A stretch of DNA of 63,816 nucleotides, the filler included, from Octopus bimaculoides (lineage: Eukaryota): assembly GCF_001194135.2 (NCBI RefSeq). It is 5 parts of 4 records of this genome, joined end to end, with 100 filler letters (N's around TTAATTAATTAA, not from the genome) between each part and the next. Parts side by side here need not be neighbours in the genome. Positions count along the whole stretch, not along the records: positions 1 to 21,018 come from NC_068983.1; positions 21,119 to 40,189 come from NC_068984.1; 3 more parts are not named here. One strand, written 5' to 3'. Both the position numbers and the translations under genes were made by a program. Positions within the stretch are counted from its first letter, which is position 1; every line of letters starts with the position of its first letter. Below are positions 13,044-24,635 of this stretch, in pieces. The notes below the pieces were generated by a model. That model searched no databases. It saw nothing but the letters and a program-made list of their open reading frames with translations, and was not told where the DNA came from.

Positions 13044-14316
13044 TACGTGGGTCCGCTGAAAAGTTAACAGGCTGACCCAAACACTCTTAAGGAATATAAC
13101 CAAATGAGGTTTAATTTTCAACATAGAACCCTGTTGAAACCCACACACTTCTTCCTTTGGTGTTGTAGTGCCTGGTTCCCATTGGTAAAGAATCTTTCAT
13201 TCTGTTGTTCAAAAAATCATCAACAGCAGATATGACGTCAACATCACTGCGATATTGGTTCTTAGCCATGTATTTTTTTCATGCTGGAGAACAGGTAGGG
13301 CCACATCAAAGAGTGGTCAACCTGTTCAAAGCCACAGTCACGCACAGCAACCACTAGAACCAAGGACTTGTGTGCTGAAGCATTGTCCTGATGAAACAAG
13401 ATCCCTTTCGTCAATTTTCCTGAATGTTCAGTCTTGGTAGGCTTTCATAACTGCCTCCACAAGTTGGCATATTACTCTCGATTGATGGTGTGACTCTTTT
13501 GAGGATAGTCAGTAAACACAATGCTTTTTGCATCCAAAACACCGAACCCGTCACCATCCATGCAGATGAAACAATCTCATACTTTGGAGAAAATGAAGAG
13601 GGTTTTTTTTCCACTTCATGGATTGTCTATTTGTCTCTGGCTCAAAGTGAAGGAACCCAACACTCATCCTGGATTGGGAAACGTTCAAGGAAACAAGTTG
13701 TATCTGCCTCAAACAATATCAAATTTTCCAGTGATGTGATCAGACTGGTATGCTTTTGATCAGATGTCAGAAGACGTGACACCCACCGAGCAAAAACCCT
13801 TGTCATGCCAAGTTCATTGTGCAGCTTATTCTCAACTCTTTCACGGGTATTGCCAATAGTATTGGCTATTCAATTTGTGGTCAATCACCTGTCATCCATC
13901 AGCACGTGGTGAACACGATCAATGTTTTCCTTAGTGGTGGCAGTTTCAGGACCTTCAGACTTTTGGTCATCTTCAAAACTCTCCTTCCCCTCCTAATTTT
14001 AGCTACCACTTCTGTACTGTTGATAAAGCTGGAGGGTCATCCCCTGATATGTAGCAACCATGTCAGCATGAATGATCTTAGAGGATAAACTCCTTTTCTA
14101 CAGGAACTTGATAATACCACGGTACCAATTCTTTCCCCTTTTCAAGAGAAGTCGCTTGTAGTTACTTTTGAAGTTTTCTTTGAACAGTCAGATGCGAGTT
14201 CACCTGGAAAGAAACAATGCAGTTATTAAGAAGAAGATTTGAAATTAATGCATGCAAAATTTCACGGTTCTGTCATCTCTCTTTTATAGTCACCTTATGA
14301 ACTTTATTTTCTCGTG
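13044..14316 (-). mobile_element. Near full-length decayed mariner transposon
   Basis: Minus-strand translation gives WYRGIIKFL, KGILFHQDNASAHKSL, RDCGFEQVDH, NQYRSDVDVISAVDDF, FFTNGNQALQH. TIR tacgtgggtccgctgaaaagtt at 13044; degenerate partner near 14300-14316; span ~1.27 kb; stops and frameshifts present. Confidence 0.9.
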
Positions 14317-15115
14317 TGAAGTGATGATACTCGATATTACAATTCAGAGTTTTGTCCAACGCTCTGTCGTTTCTGACACCTGCTGCTTTTCTCAATGATC
14401 ATAGGTGTTCCAGCCTTGAACTTTCTTTTTTGTCTAATATATATTTTCTTCTTTTTTAAGTTATGATTTGAGCGAGATTTGGCTGCTATTTCTGACAGGT
14501 TGAGAGCGACCAAATAGATGTTAACTTGTTAGCTCGGTCAGTGACGGGATACGAACCATTCAGCTGATGCTCGGTAATACGGTCTGACACCAAACTGACA
14601 TCTGGGTCAGTAAACACTCCTGTGTATACAGGTGATTTATCAAAATAAAATACAGAATACGGGATTCTCATTAGAGCTTCCAATAACAATCAGCTCTACA
14701 GTGACATCAATAACAAACATGACACTTTTAAATGATTGCACCGAGTGACCTTATATTTAACTTATTGTTTTGGTGGGGAGGAGATGTTGCTGTCATTAGC
14801 TTGGTTTCTCTTTCTTTGTTTATGTCTATGACCAGAGAACTTGAAAGTCAACAGGCAAATTCCTGTAATAAAATTTGGTTCAAAGACAAAGCAATAAAAG
14901 ATGATGATGATGATGATGATTATGAATGGGAAGATGGTTTTGAGTGGAAGGGGAGATGAAGGAACTAGGGTTGGGTTGGGAAATAATATAACTTATTTCT
15001 TAAGAAAACAAATGAAATTTTGAATTTACTAAGGTTTATTGTAAATTATATCAAATATTACAAGTAGCATTTAAAATAAGTAGAATAAGTCTATCCTACT
15101 GATGAATTTGCGGCA

Positions 15116-15581
15116 GAATTCTGGTTTAAGCTTCCCATTAACCCCTCATAATTTTTTTTATTTTGGGGAATGTTCAGAACATTTTTGCGATAAAGAAAAA
15201 ATTTTTTTTTAATTTTTCGAAGATTTTAGAATTTCTTTTTTTTTTTTTTTTTAAGATCTGGGTTTAAAATACAGATAGTCCGAATTTCTTGGTTAAATCC
15301 CATCAATGGGCCATTAAATGTGTTTATGAAGAGAAAGATATTGAAAAATATCAATACGCCAGAGTTACAAAGAAACGAGGAAGGTTTCAGGTGATCACGA
15401 GATGTGCTAAAAACAACAGCTAAACAGCCCTTAAATCACACACACAATTCTGGGGGGGGGGGTTCGTAATGGTATGAATTCCCGCGTGTAGAACACAGAC
15501 TCGTGAAAATTTTGTGCAAATTCCAATAAATAGAAAAGTTATGGAGGGGGAGGGGTATATGGGGTGCTTAAACCAGAATTC
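15116..15581. mobile_element. MITE-like element with terminal inverted repeats
   Basis: gaattctggtttaagc (15116-15131) and gcttaaaccagaattc (15566-15581) are perfect 16-bp inverted repeats that continue imperfectly inward (cccat..acccctc); no coding capacity. Confidence 0.6.
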
Positions 15582-16100
15582 AATTAAAATAACAGAAGCA
15601 GTTTATAGTATCTAATCTGAGATGAACCTGCAACTCTCAATAGTGTAAATTGGAAACATGGTCGTCTGGCAAGCGATAGGTGCGTGTTTCAAATCATGTC
15701 AGAGGTACTGGTTCACTTTTATGTGGTGTTTGTTATTCCCACTACTTTACAGACATGTGCGTACACACACATGCACACATTTACACATATCTCATTCCGG
15801 TGGAAATAAACTTACACCAAACACCTTCAACTAGCAAAATGTTAGTTCAAGATGCGCTGCTACGGATTACTTTTCTATACACGGTTACAAAAGATAACGA
15901 ATGAGATTATATGACGTTCATGTTTTCCTCAAGAACATTCGCGGTGTAAGTAAAATAACTTTAAACCAGGACTAAAACCAGTTCACAGAGACTGCTTGTG
16001 GGATCTTCCCTCTTGTTTTACAGAACTCCTGCAGAAAGTCTCAGGACCTAAATATTCCTACTCAGAAAGTAATTTATAAAGTATGTCATATTATCGCTAA

Positions 16101-16336
16101 GTGGAGGCGCAATGGCCCAGTGGTTAGGGCAGCGGAATCGCAGTCATAGAATCGTGGTTTCGATTCCCAGGCCGGGCGTTGTGAGTGTTTATTGAGCGAA
16201 AACACCTAAAGCTCCACGAGGCTCCGGCAGAAGGTGGTGGTGAACCCTGCTGTACTCTTTCACCACAACTTTCTCTCACTCTTACCTCCTGTTTCTGTTG
16301 TGCCTGTAATTCAAAGGGTCAACCTTGTCACAAACA
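16101..16336 (+). mobile_element. SINE family B, 3'-shortened, with 11-bp TSD
   Basis: Head ggaggcgcaatggcccagtggttagggcagcgg...ggtttcgattccc; flanked by attatcgctaa at 16090-16100 and 16337-16347. Confidence 0.9.
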
Positions 16337-17218
16337 ATTATCGCTAAACACATGAGAATAAGGGGAAAGAGAGAGAGAGAGAGAGAGAGAGATCCAAAGA
16401 AGATTCATCTGTATTGTCTGTTTTGATTTATTCCAAAAGTGCTAATTTCTTAACCAATTTCTCATGAACTATTTATATTTTTAGTCAAACGAGGAACGGT
16501 TGTACCCATGACCTTTGTAGAGTTTCCCAGACTGGTGGGAGTGGTGGGAGGACAGGAAAGAGAGGAAGTAAGAAACTTCATCAGATTTAAACTATCAATT
16601 CAATGAGGTCGAGAGAAAACCTCTCAGCTGCTTAATCTCTCTAAAAACCGCTATAAACACCAGTTCACCATGACATCTATTCCAATATACGTAAATAATG
16701 TGTGTGTGTGTGTGCGTGCGTGTGTGTGTGTGCGTGTGTGTGCTGTATGTGACCACTCGAAATGTCAGCAACTGTTATATATTGCATGACTATGAGTGTA
16801 ACTGTCTATATGTTCAGAAGCGACAGACGTGATGAAAAATCACAGAAACATCGAGAAAAATTACCAAAACATTACCCGTGAGGGAACTTGTGTCAAAATT
16901 TCCATATTTTGGGGTGGGGCGATTGTTTGAAGTCCAGACAAAGTCACAGCTCCGTTGGTGATTACATATCTCGCTGAGATTAACTAAGATGTGAGAATAT
17001 CTACTGCATAGTTCCTTTTATGTATTCAAGTAGCTCAAGACAATTATTATTTATAGTGCATATATAAAGTGACTACCTCGTTCCTTTGTTCAGTCCTATT
17101 ATTACTTATATACCACTCTTACGTGATGCCAACAACTGTAATATATCGTGTGGCTGAACGATTAACTGTATTTAGTTCAAACTTGGGTCGAAACATATCT
17201 AAGCTATATATATATTAA

Positions 17219-17367
17219 AATTAATCAAAGAACATACTAAGTATATCTACCTGCTGAAAATAACAGTCAAACCTCTTATTTAAAACGCCGAAAAAGTCTT
17301 ATTTAAATAAGAGTTTTGACTGTTATTTCCAGCAGGTAGACATACTTGGTATGTCTTTTGATTAATT
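17219..17367. repeat. 65-bp-arm inverted repeat (hairpin)
   Basis: 17219-17283 versus 17303-17367, about 6 mismatches, 19-nt loop. Confidence 0.9.
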
Positions 17368-17882
17368 CTAGTCCTTCAGCTATCTAATTCCTTTGGGAGC
17401 CTGCAATCGACTATATTATTGATTCTGTTATTATCATTTTTAATTGTTACACCAGATAATAACAAAGTCAATATTTTCGCAAATATTTTCACCTGAATTA
17501 TTTGCTCCGTATTTAAGTTATATATATATATACATANNNNNNNNNNNNNNNNNNNNNNNNNNNNNNNNNNNNNNNNNNNNNNNNNNNNNNNNNNNNNNNN
17601 NNNNNNNNNNNNNNNNNNNNNNNNNNNNNNNNNNNNNNNNNNNNNNNNNNNNNNNNNNNNNNNNNNNNNNNNNNNNNNNNNNNNNNNNNNNNNNNNNNNN
17701 NNNNNNNNNNNNNNNNNNNNNNNNNNNNNNNNNNNNNNNNNNNNNNNNNNNNNNNNNNNNNNNNNNNNNNNNNNNNNNNNNNNNNNNNNNNNNNNNNNNN
17801 NNNNNNNNNNNNNNNNNNNNNNNNNNNNNNNNNNNNNNNNNNNNNNNNNNNNNNNNNNNNNNNNNNNNNNNNNNNNNNNNNN

Positions 17883-18530
17883 TATATGGTGGTTGTCTAC
17901 TCCTTATGCAGAGACTGAGCACCTCTTGTACCTACAACTTAGATTCATCCTGGCGTCTGATGTGGCTTTTTAAACCAGACAATGTATTGAAAAGACACCC
18001 ACATAGATTGCATATCCGATTTGGATCGCCAAGAGCTGCAGTTAAGTTCTGATCGTTGTGTATCTTAAAATGTCTTTTGAGGCCCCCGTTAGAATTTCAG
18101 ACCTTATGACATACATGCCATTGAAAGGTGTGCACAGATATATAGGCAGAATAGTTGGTGGACGTTCGTTTTTCATTGGTCCTCAAATTAAATTCGAGCC
18201 CAGCAAAAGAAAAGCATGGTCTGTCACAAAAAGGTCATTGAGATTCAACTTCTCGATCACAACATTCTTCTTTAAATCTCTCTCGAGTCTTGCATGTGTT
18301 ATCCTGGCCTCCTCAAACGCTTTCACGCCACTCCATACTTTTGTTCGCCATCCAGCTGGATCCGAATCAAGGGATTCTATGGCCTTTGGATCCATTCCAA
18401 GTGACTTCTTACCCATCTCTCCCTCTCGCTCTGCTTCCTTCTCTTGTCCTGGCTTCTACTTCACTGCTATACACATCTCTCTCTTCCTCCTTGTTCCACT
18501 TCCTCCCTCTACCATCCTCTCTGCTCACGT
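17883..18530 (-). mobile_element. RTE-like LINE 3' end (decayed) with C-terminal C2H2 fingers
   Basis: Minus strand gives DPAGWRTKVWSGVKAFEEAR (RTE C-terminal DR..WR..V..G...FE motif), then *PFCDRPCFSFAGL, WHVCHKV*NSNGGLKRHFKIH and CNLCGCLFNTLSGLKSHIRR. Stop at 17932-17934, then a short UTR ending in TA repeats. Confidence 0.8.
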
Positions 18531-19699
18531 GTGACCTGTGGTCAACTCTCTCTTTTCACTCCAGCCACTATGAAGGTGAGACGAACTGTTTTTTCTCCGT
18601 CCAGCTTCGTCATATCACTAGCGTTCAATATCAGATTCGCGTTTGGCCGTACGGCTTTTTAATATTGTTTTCACTGTCCATTTTTTCCTGTCTTGGTTTG
18701 TGTTTGCCACCTTGGAATCCTCTGTTTAGTGGGTCGATCCACTACTCAGGAAGNNNNNNNNNNNNNNNNNNNNNNNNNNNNNNNNNNNNNNNNNNNNNNN
18801 NNNNNNNNNNNNNNNNNNNNNNNNNNNNNNNNNNNNNNNNNNNNNNNNNNNNNNNNNNNNNNNNNNNNNNNNNNNNNNNNNNNNNNNNNNNNNNNNNNNN
18901 NNNNNNNNNNNNNNNNNNNNNNNNNNNNNNNNNNNNNNNNNNNNNNNNNNNNNNNNNNNNNNNNNNNNNNNNNNNNNNNNNNNNNNNNNNNNNNNNNNNN
19001 NNNNNNNNNNNNNNNNNNNNNNNNNNNNNNNNNNNNNNNNNNNNNNNNNNNNNNNNNNNNNNNNNNNNNNNNNNNNNNNNNNNNNNNNNNNNNNNNNNNN
19101 NNNNNNNNNNNNNNNNNNNNNNNNNNNNNNNNNNNNNNNNNNNNNNNNNNNNNNNNNNNNNNNNNNNNNNNNNNNNNNNNNNNNNNNNNNNNNNNNNNNN
19201 NNNNNNNNNNNNNNNNNNNNNNNNNNNNNNNNNNNNNNNNNNNNNNNNNNNNNNNNNNNNNNNNNNNNNNNNNNNNNNNNNNNNNNNNNNNNNNNNNNNN
19301 NNNNNNNNNNNNNNNNNNNNNNNNNNNNNNNNNNNNNNNNNNNNNNNNNNNNNNNNNNNNNNNNNNNNNNNNNNNNNNNNNNNNNNNNNNNNNNNNNNNN
19401 NNNNNNNNNNNNNNNNNNNNNNNNNNNNNNNNNNNNNNNNNNNNNNNNNNNNNNNNNNNNNNNNNNNNNNNNNNNNNNNNNNNNNNNNNNNNNNNNNNNN
19501 NNNNNNNNNNNNNNNNNNNNNNNNNNNNNNNNNNNNNNNNNNNNNNNNNNNNNNNNNNNNNNNNNNNNNNNNNNNNNNNNNNNNNNNNNNNNNNNNNNNN
19601 NNNNNNNNNNNNNNNNNNNNNNNNNNNNNNNNNNNNNNNNNNNNNNNNNNNNNNNNNNNNNNNNNNNNNNNNNNNNNTATATATATATATATGGTAGAG

Positions 19700-20056
19700 T
19701 TTATTTGCCAACGTAGGGTGGTTGTCCTTCGCAGAACTATGTTACTACCTTTTAACCCCAGAAAAACATCTTTTCCAACTGGTTATTGACACATGATCTG
19801 TGTCTGATATACTGTGAGCAAGGGAGCGTACTACTCACAATATATAAACAGAGAAGCGACAGTCAGTCGCTGATCTCGTAACGAGCAAAACAGCTAGTTT
19901 TAAAATCTCCAAATGAGATTTAAGTAGTAACATAGTTCTGCGTAGGACAACCCTTACGTTGGCAAATAAAACTTTATTGTTCAGTATCGTTACTACTTAA
20001 ATCTCATTTAAAGATTTTTAAACTAGCTGGTTTGCTAGTTACGAGATCAGCGACTG
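19700..20056. repeat. Two overlapping inverted repeats
   Basis: 19864-19931 pairs with 19989-20056 (68 bp); 19700-19747 pairs with 19925-19970. Confidence 0.85.
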
Positions 20057-20083
20057 TCTGGCACGGGCGCACCACAGAGCTGC

Positions 20084-20618
20084 AGCTCAGTCAAGATCAT
20101 GCACATCATTTTTTTTTTTCGATATCCACGGTATTGTGCATCGAGAGTTCGACTCCCCACCCCCTAGGGCCAGACCGTCAATGGAAAGTTCTACTACCAA
20201 ACGTTGAAGCATTTGAGGGAGGGCATTCAATGAAAGCGACTGGGTCTGTGGGACGCGAAGAATTAGATTCTTCGCGATGATAATGCACCCTGTCACCGAG
20301 TTCTCGTCAGTCGTGAGTTTCTCGCCAAAAAAACAACACGGTATCGCTTACGCACCCGCCCTCTCTAGGCGAAGAGACTTCCATCTGTCCCCCTAGACGA
20401 AAATTCAGCTCAAAGGCAGTCGTTTTAATACCATTGTCGAGATCAAAAGCGAATCGCAGAAGGTCATCGACTCGCTTACGAAAAATGACTTTCAGGCCGG
20501 ATTCCAAAAGTGGCAGGAATGCTGGGACCGGTGAATTGCGGCACGTGGTGACTATTTCGAAGGAGATGGTGTTAAAACTTAGGTAAATGAATTATTTTTT
20601 ATTGAACATAACTAGTCC
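20084..20618 (+). mobile_element. Mariner transposase C-terminal fragment (decayed)
   Basis: SSVKIMHIIFFFDIHGIVHREF, GQTVNGKFYY, ILRDDNAPCHR, THPP, LKGSRFNTIVEIK, FQKWQECWDR*IAARGDYFEGD. Confidence 0.9.
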
Positions 20619-20944
20619 AGTTTGAAATCTGCAGCAACTTCGATTTGTATATAGATTGTTTATGTACTTGGATATGTAACTAACTAAATGAGCAATAAAC
20701 GTAAAAAACTGAGCAGCACAAAATCGGAAAGAACACCACTCATTAAGAAAATACAATTACTAACTATAAATGGAACTGTGAAAAGAGCAAAAAAATTCCA
20801 GAAGTTTAACCTGTAGAAGGTAAACATAGACATATGCGCGCGCGCATATATACGTAATTCGAAATATACATTCACACGTGTAACGACATGCATTCATGGC
20901 AAAGTACAGATAAATCGTAAGGGGATACATTTACATATATTCAT

Positions 20945-21018
<74 letters not shown>

Positions 21019-21062
21019 NNNNNNNNNNNNNNNNNNNNNNNNNNNNNNNNNNNNNNNNNNNN

Positions 21063-21074
21063 TTAATTAATTAA
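21063..21074. other. Assembly stop-linker TTAATTAATTAA inside a 100-bp gap (also 40234, 54331, 61168)
   Basis: Each is flanked by exactly 44 N on both sides and has stop codons in all six frames. Confidence 0.95.
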
Positions 21075-21288
21075 NNNNNNNNNNNNNNNNNNNNNNNNNN
21101 NNNNNNNNNNNNNNNNNNTATTTCGAGTGAGTGGCCCTTTGTGATTCGGTCGATAACCACTCTGGTTTGTGATCTGCCTTGTTATCATTGAGGCATGACG
21201 AGCTTTGGCGTTGACATTCGGGGACGGATTTGTCTGTTTAGGGTCAGTTTTTTGAGACAACACCGTCACCGAGTTCTCAGCATGTAAA

Positions 21289-21351
<63 letters not shown>

Positions 21352-21369
21352 CATTATTATTATTATGTT

Positions 21370-21561
21370 AAGGCGGCGAGCTGGCAGAATCGTTAGCACG
21401 CCGTGCAAGATGCTTAGCGGTAATTCGTTCGTCACTACGTTCTGAGTTCAAATTCTGCCAAGGTCGATTTTGTCATTCATACCAGTGAAACATTGTGGTG
21501 GATGTAATCGACTAGTCTCTTCCCCACAAAATTTTCAGGCCTTGTGCTTATAGTAGAAAGA
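21370..21561 (+). mobile_element. SINE family C with (ATT)n tail
   Basis: aaggcggcgagctggcagaatcgttagc...gagttcaaattc...ggccttgtgcttatagtagaaag followed by (att)n. Confidence 0.9.
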
Positions 21562-21600
<39 letters not shown>

Positions 21601-21602
<2 letters not shown>

Positions 21603-21983
21603 CTTTGCACAGCTTCTATCGCTGGAGTTATACTACGGTGCCAGCTGTTCACTACCAGTGAACTAAGGTAACACCCCTATTTTTCGAGCACCATCCAGAG
21701 TATTCGAGTGGTTCCAAGCAGTACTGTTTTCTGCAAGTGCTCCACCCTTAGTGCAACCCCTATTTGTTCCATGTACTTCTCAAGATTTTTACTCACTGTT
21801 CCCAGGGTTCCAACAATTATTGGTACTACTACCACCTTTTTCATCGCATACCTTGTTGTCAGCTGGGCATGCTATATCTATGATCCAGCATCGTTTGCTT
21901 CCTTTCTCAATTAAAACTATGTCTGGCTTCCTATTCTCTATCTCATAGTCGCACTGAATCATAAAATCTCATAGGATCTTTGC
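21601..21983 (-). mobile_element. R4/Dong-type LINE 3' end (restriction-like endonuclease region)
   Basis: Minus strand: AKIL*DFMIQCDYEIENRKPDIVLIEKGSKRCWIIDIACPADNKV...VVVVPIIVGTLGTVSKNLEKYMEQIG...LQKTVLLGTTRIL. Contains the PD..D REL motif and ends in (TAA)n at 21562-21600. Confidence 0.9.
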
Positions 21984-22029
21984 ATTATTATTATTAGTAT
22001 TATTCCTTTGTAACACAGTGTTGGTAAAA

Positions 22030-22115
22030 ACGGACCGGAGTCTTTTGTCATCTGTCAAGTCACAAACGTAAACAGAATGTATATGAACAAAAAGAATGGT
22101 GGTAGAGGACTAATT
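22030..22115 (+). mobile_element. Small R4/Dong-like RT-downstream fragment
   Basis: NRMYMNKKNGGRGL at 22071-22112 matches the RLY..R..GGRGL motif. Confidence 0.55.
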
Positions 22116-22484
22116 CTCACACAACCTCCAGTGAACAAACTTAGCCACGTCATCATATTATTCCATTTGTTGTTTACTTCGCCCAGAAAACAGTAGAAGT
22201 AGATGACAATAATGAAAATGATTGTAGCGCAGAGAACAATAATAACAATGTCAATAAAAATTATCGGTTGATGCTAATAATAATAATTTAAAATCCACTT
22301 GCAACGTAGAAAAATACGCATGCTACGTTAGGAAATCTTGATAACTTATGCAGATTCTAAAGGCTTACCTCATACAAAGCAAAACTAGATCCTATAGTTT
22401 ATATAGACAGAAAATAACAAACAGAAACAAGAAACAAACATTTTTGTTTTTGCTGTATGCTATTGTATAAACAAATGAACATAT

Positions 22485-22990
22485 AGGCACAGACGTGGCT
22501 ATGTAATAGGAAGTTCGCTTCCCAACCACATGGTTCTGGATTCAGTCCCACTGAGTGTCACCTTGGACAAGTGTCTTCTTCTATAGCATCTGGCCGACCA
22601 AAGTTTTGTGAGTGGATTTGGTTGACGAAAACTGAAAGAAGCCCGAGGTATATGCATATGTGTGTGTGTGTGTGTGTTTGTGCATGTATGTTTATGTGTA
22701 TATGTGTGTGTATGAGTGTGCATGTGTGTGTATGTGTGTGTATGTCTGTGCGTGTGCGGACGTGTTTGTTTATTTATGTGTCTTTGTGTTTGTCTCCCAC
22801 CACCGCTTGACAATCAATGTTGGTGTGCTTACGTCCCCGTAAATTAGCGGTTCGGCAAAACAGAACGATAGAATAAGTACTGGGCTTATAAACAATAAGT
22901 TCTGGCGTCAGTTTGTTCGACTAAAATCCTTCAAGGCAGTACTCCAGCATGGCCGTAGTCTAATGACTGAAACAAGTAAAAAATAAAAAA
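22485..22990 (+). mobile_element. SINE family A with internal (TG)n-rich array
   Basis: Head aggcacagacgtggct...ttcagtcccactg, ccttggacaagtgtctt body, tail atgactgaaacaagtaaaa. Confidence 0.85.
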
Positions 22991-23203
22991 TGAAGGATAA
23001 AAGATGCAACGTTGCGATTGATATTTCAAAAGGAACTTATGATAAAGACAAATGGTGAAGTGTAAGAGTAGCTAAATAAATACATGAAGCTTACATCCAA
23101 ATTGTTAAGATATAGCCATGAATAGCTAGAAAAATAAAGTAGTCCCAGGCCAACTGTTCAGTGTTGTAAATTCCCAAGTCAAATTTGGCTTAGTATCTTT
23201 GAT

Positions 23204-23585
23204 TTTGTTGTTGGCACTCCGTCGCTTACGACGTCGAGGTTCCAGTCGATCCGATCAACGAAACCACCTGCTCGTGAAATTAACGTGCAAGTGGCTGAGC
23301 ACTCCACAAACACGTGTACCCTTAACGTAGTTCTCGGAGATATTCAGCGTGACACAGAGTGACAAGGCTGACCCTTTGAATTACAGGCACAACAGAAACA
23401 GGAAGTAAGAGAAAATTGTGGTGGAAGAGTACAGCAGGGTTTGCCACCATCCCCTGCCGGAGCCTCGTGGAGCTTTTTAGGTGTTTTCGCTCAATAAACA
23501 CTCACAACGCCCGGTCAGGAAATCAAAACCGCGATCCTATGACCGCGAGTCCGCTGCCCTAACCACTGGGCTATTGCGCCTCCAC
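23204..23585 (-). mobile_element. Full-length SINE family B with 12-bp TSD
   Basis: (CAA)n tail; TSD agtatctttgat at 23192-23203 and 23586-23597. Confidence 0.95.
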
Positions 23586-24255
23586 AGTATCTTTGATATT
23601 TAAGACGTAATAGAAGACGAAATTTTATCCACAAGATAATAGATTGTATTTTGTCAGGGTGATCAGTATTTGCTAAGACAGATAGAAACTTAGTAACGAC
23701 CAATTAATCAGTTAATCTCACCGGTGGTTATAAGCCAACGCTGCCAAATCAGAACAAACATTTCGTGGAGCAAGCGCTTATAAAAATGTTTGAGTAAAGT
23801 TATGAAAGAAAAGAAGCTAAGAATCCACATATCTTTACTAAAATTTCATAATAAAAAAATTCTTCTTATCGGCATGTTGTTTAGAATCAAATCGCGAAGT
23901 TATTAAGATATATAAAACTGACAGAAAATTCAATAATATGTACACAGTAAAAGCTGTTCCCTTGGCAATTATTTCCTACAATGACAATATACATAACTCG
24001 AACTTGTTTTACTGACTCCGGGAGAATAAAAGACAAATTCGAGACCAGGGGTGGTTGAACACAGAATGTGGAAAGATAGACCTACTCTCTGTAAGCCATT
24101 TCATATACAGTTCTATAGTTCCCACCGCTTTACTACTTCATCCACACAATAACAAGCTTCTTAAATTGATAGAGTTTCTTAAAACAACCGCATTATGTCT
24201 ATTGTAATATTTTATTTTAGCAAACACAAAGGGATAAATGATTAAGTCGACTAAA

Positions 24256-24635
24256 GCAATGGCCCAGTGGTTAGGGCAGCGGACTCGCGGTCATAGGATC
24301 GCTGTTTCGATTCCCAGACCGGGCGTTGTGAGTGTTTATTGAGCGAAAACACCTAAAGCTCCACGAGGCTCCGGCAGGGGATGGTGGCGAACCCTGCTGT
24401 ACTCTTCCACCACAACTTTCTCTCACTCTTACTTCCTGTTTCTGTTGTGCTTGTAATTCAAAGGGTCAGCCTTGTCACACTGTGCCACGCTGAATATCCC
24501 CGAGAACTACGTTAAGGGTACACGTGTTTGTGGAGTGCTCAGCCACTTGCACGTTAATTTCACGAGCAGGCTGTTCCGTTGATCGGATCAACTGGAACCC
24601 TCGACGTCGTAAGCGACGGAGTGCCAACAACAACA
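24256..24635 (+). mobile_element. SINE family B, slightly 5'-truncated
   Basis: gcaatggcccagtggttagggcagcggactcgcgg...gacggagtgccaacaacaac. Confidence 0.9.

Noticed and set aside
13388-13400. Isolated CTGATGA matches (13388, 15099, 56224, 60691; reverse at 3288, 6804, 16579)
   Set aside because: No downstream GAAA with helices I and III; some fall inside transposase or exon sequence.
21063-21074. TTAATTAATTAA islands inside N runs (also 40234, 54331, 61168)
   Set aside because: Always 44 N + 12 bp + 44 N = 100 bp with stops in all frames: an assembly spacer, not biology.
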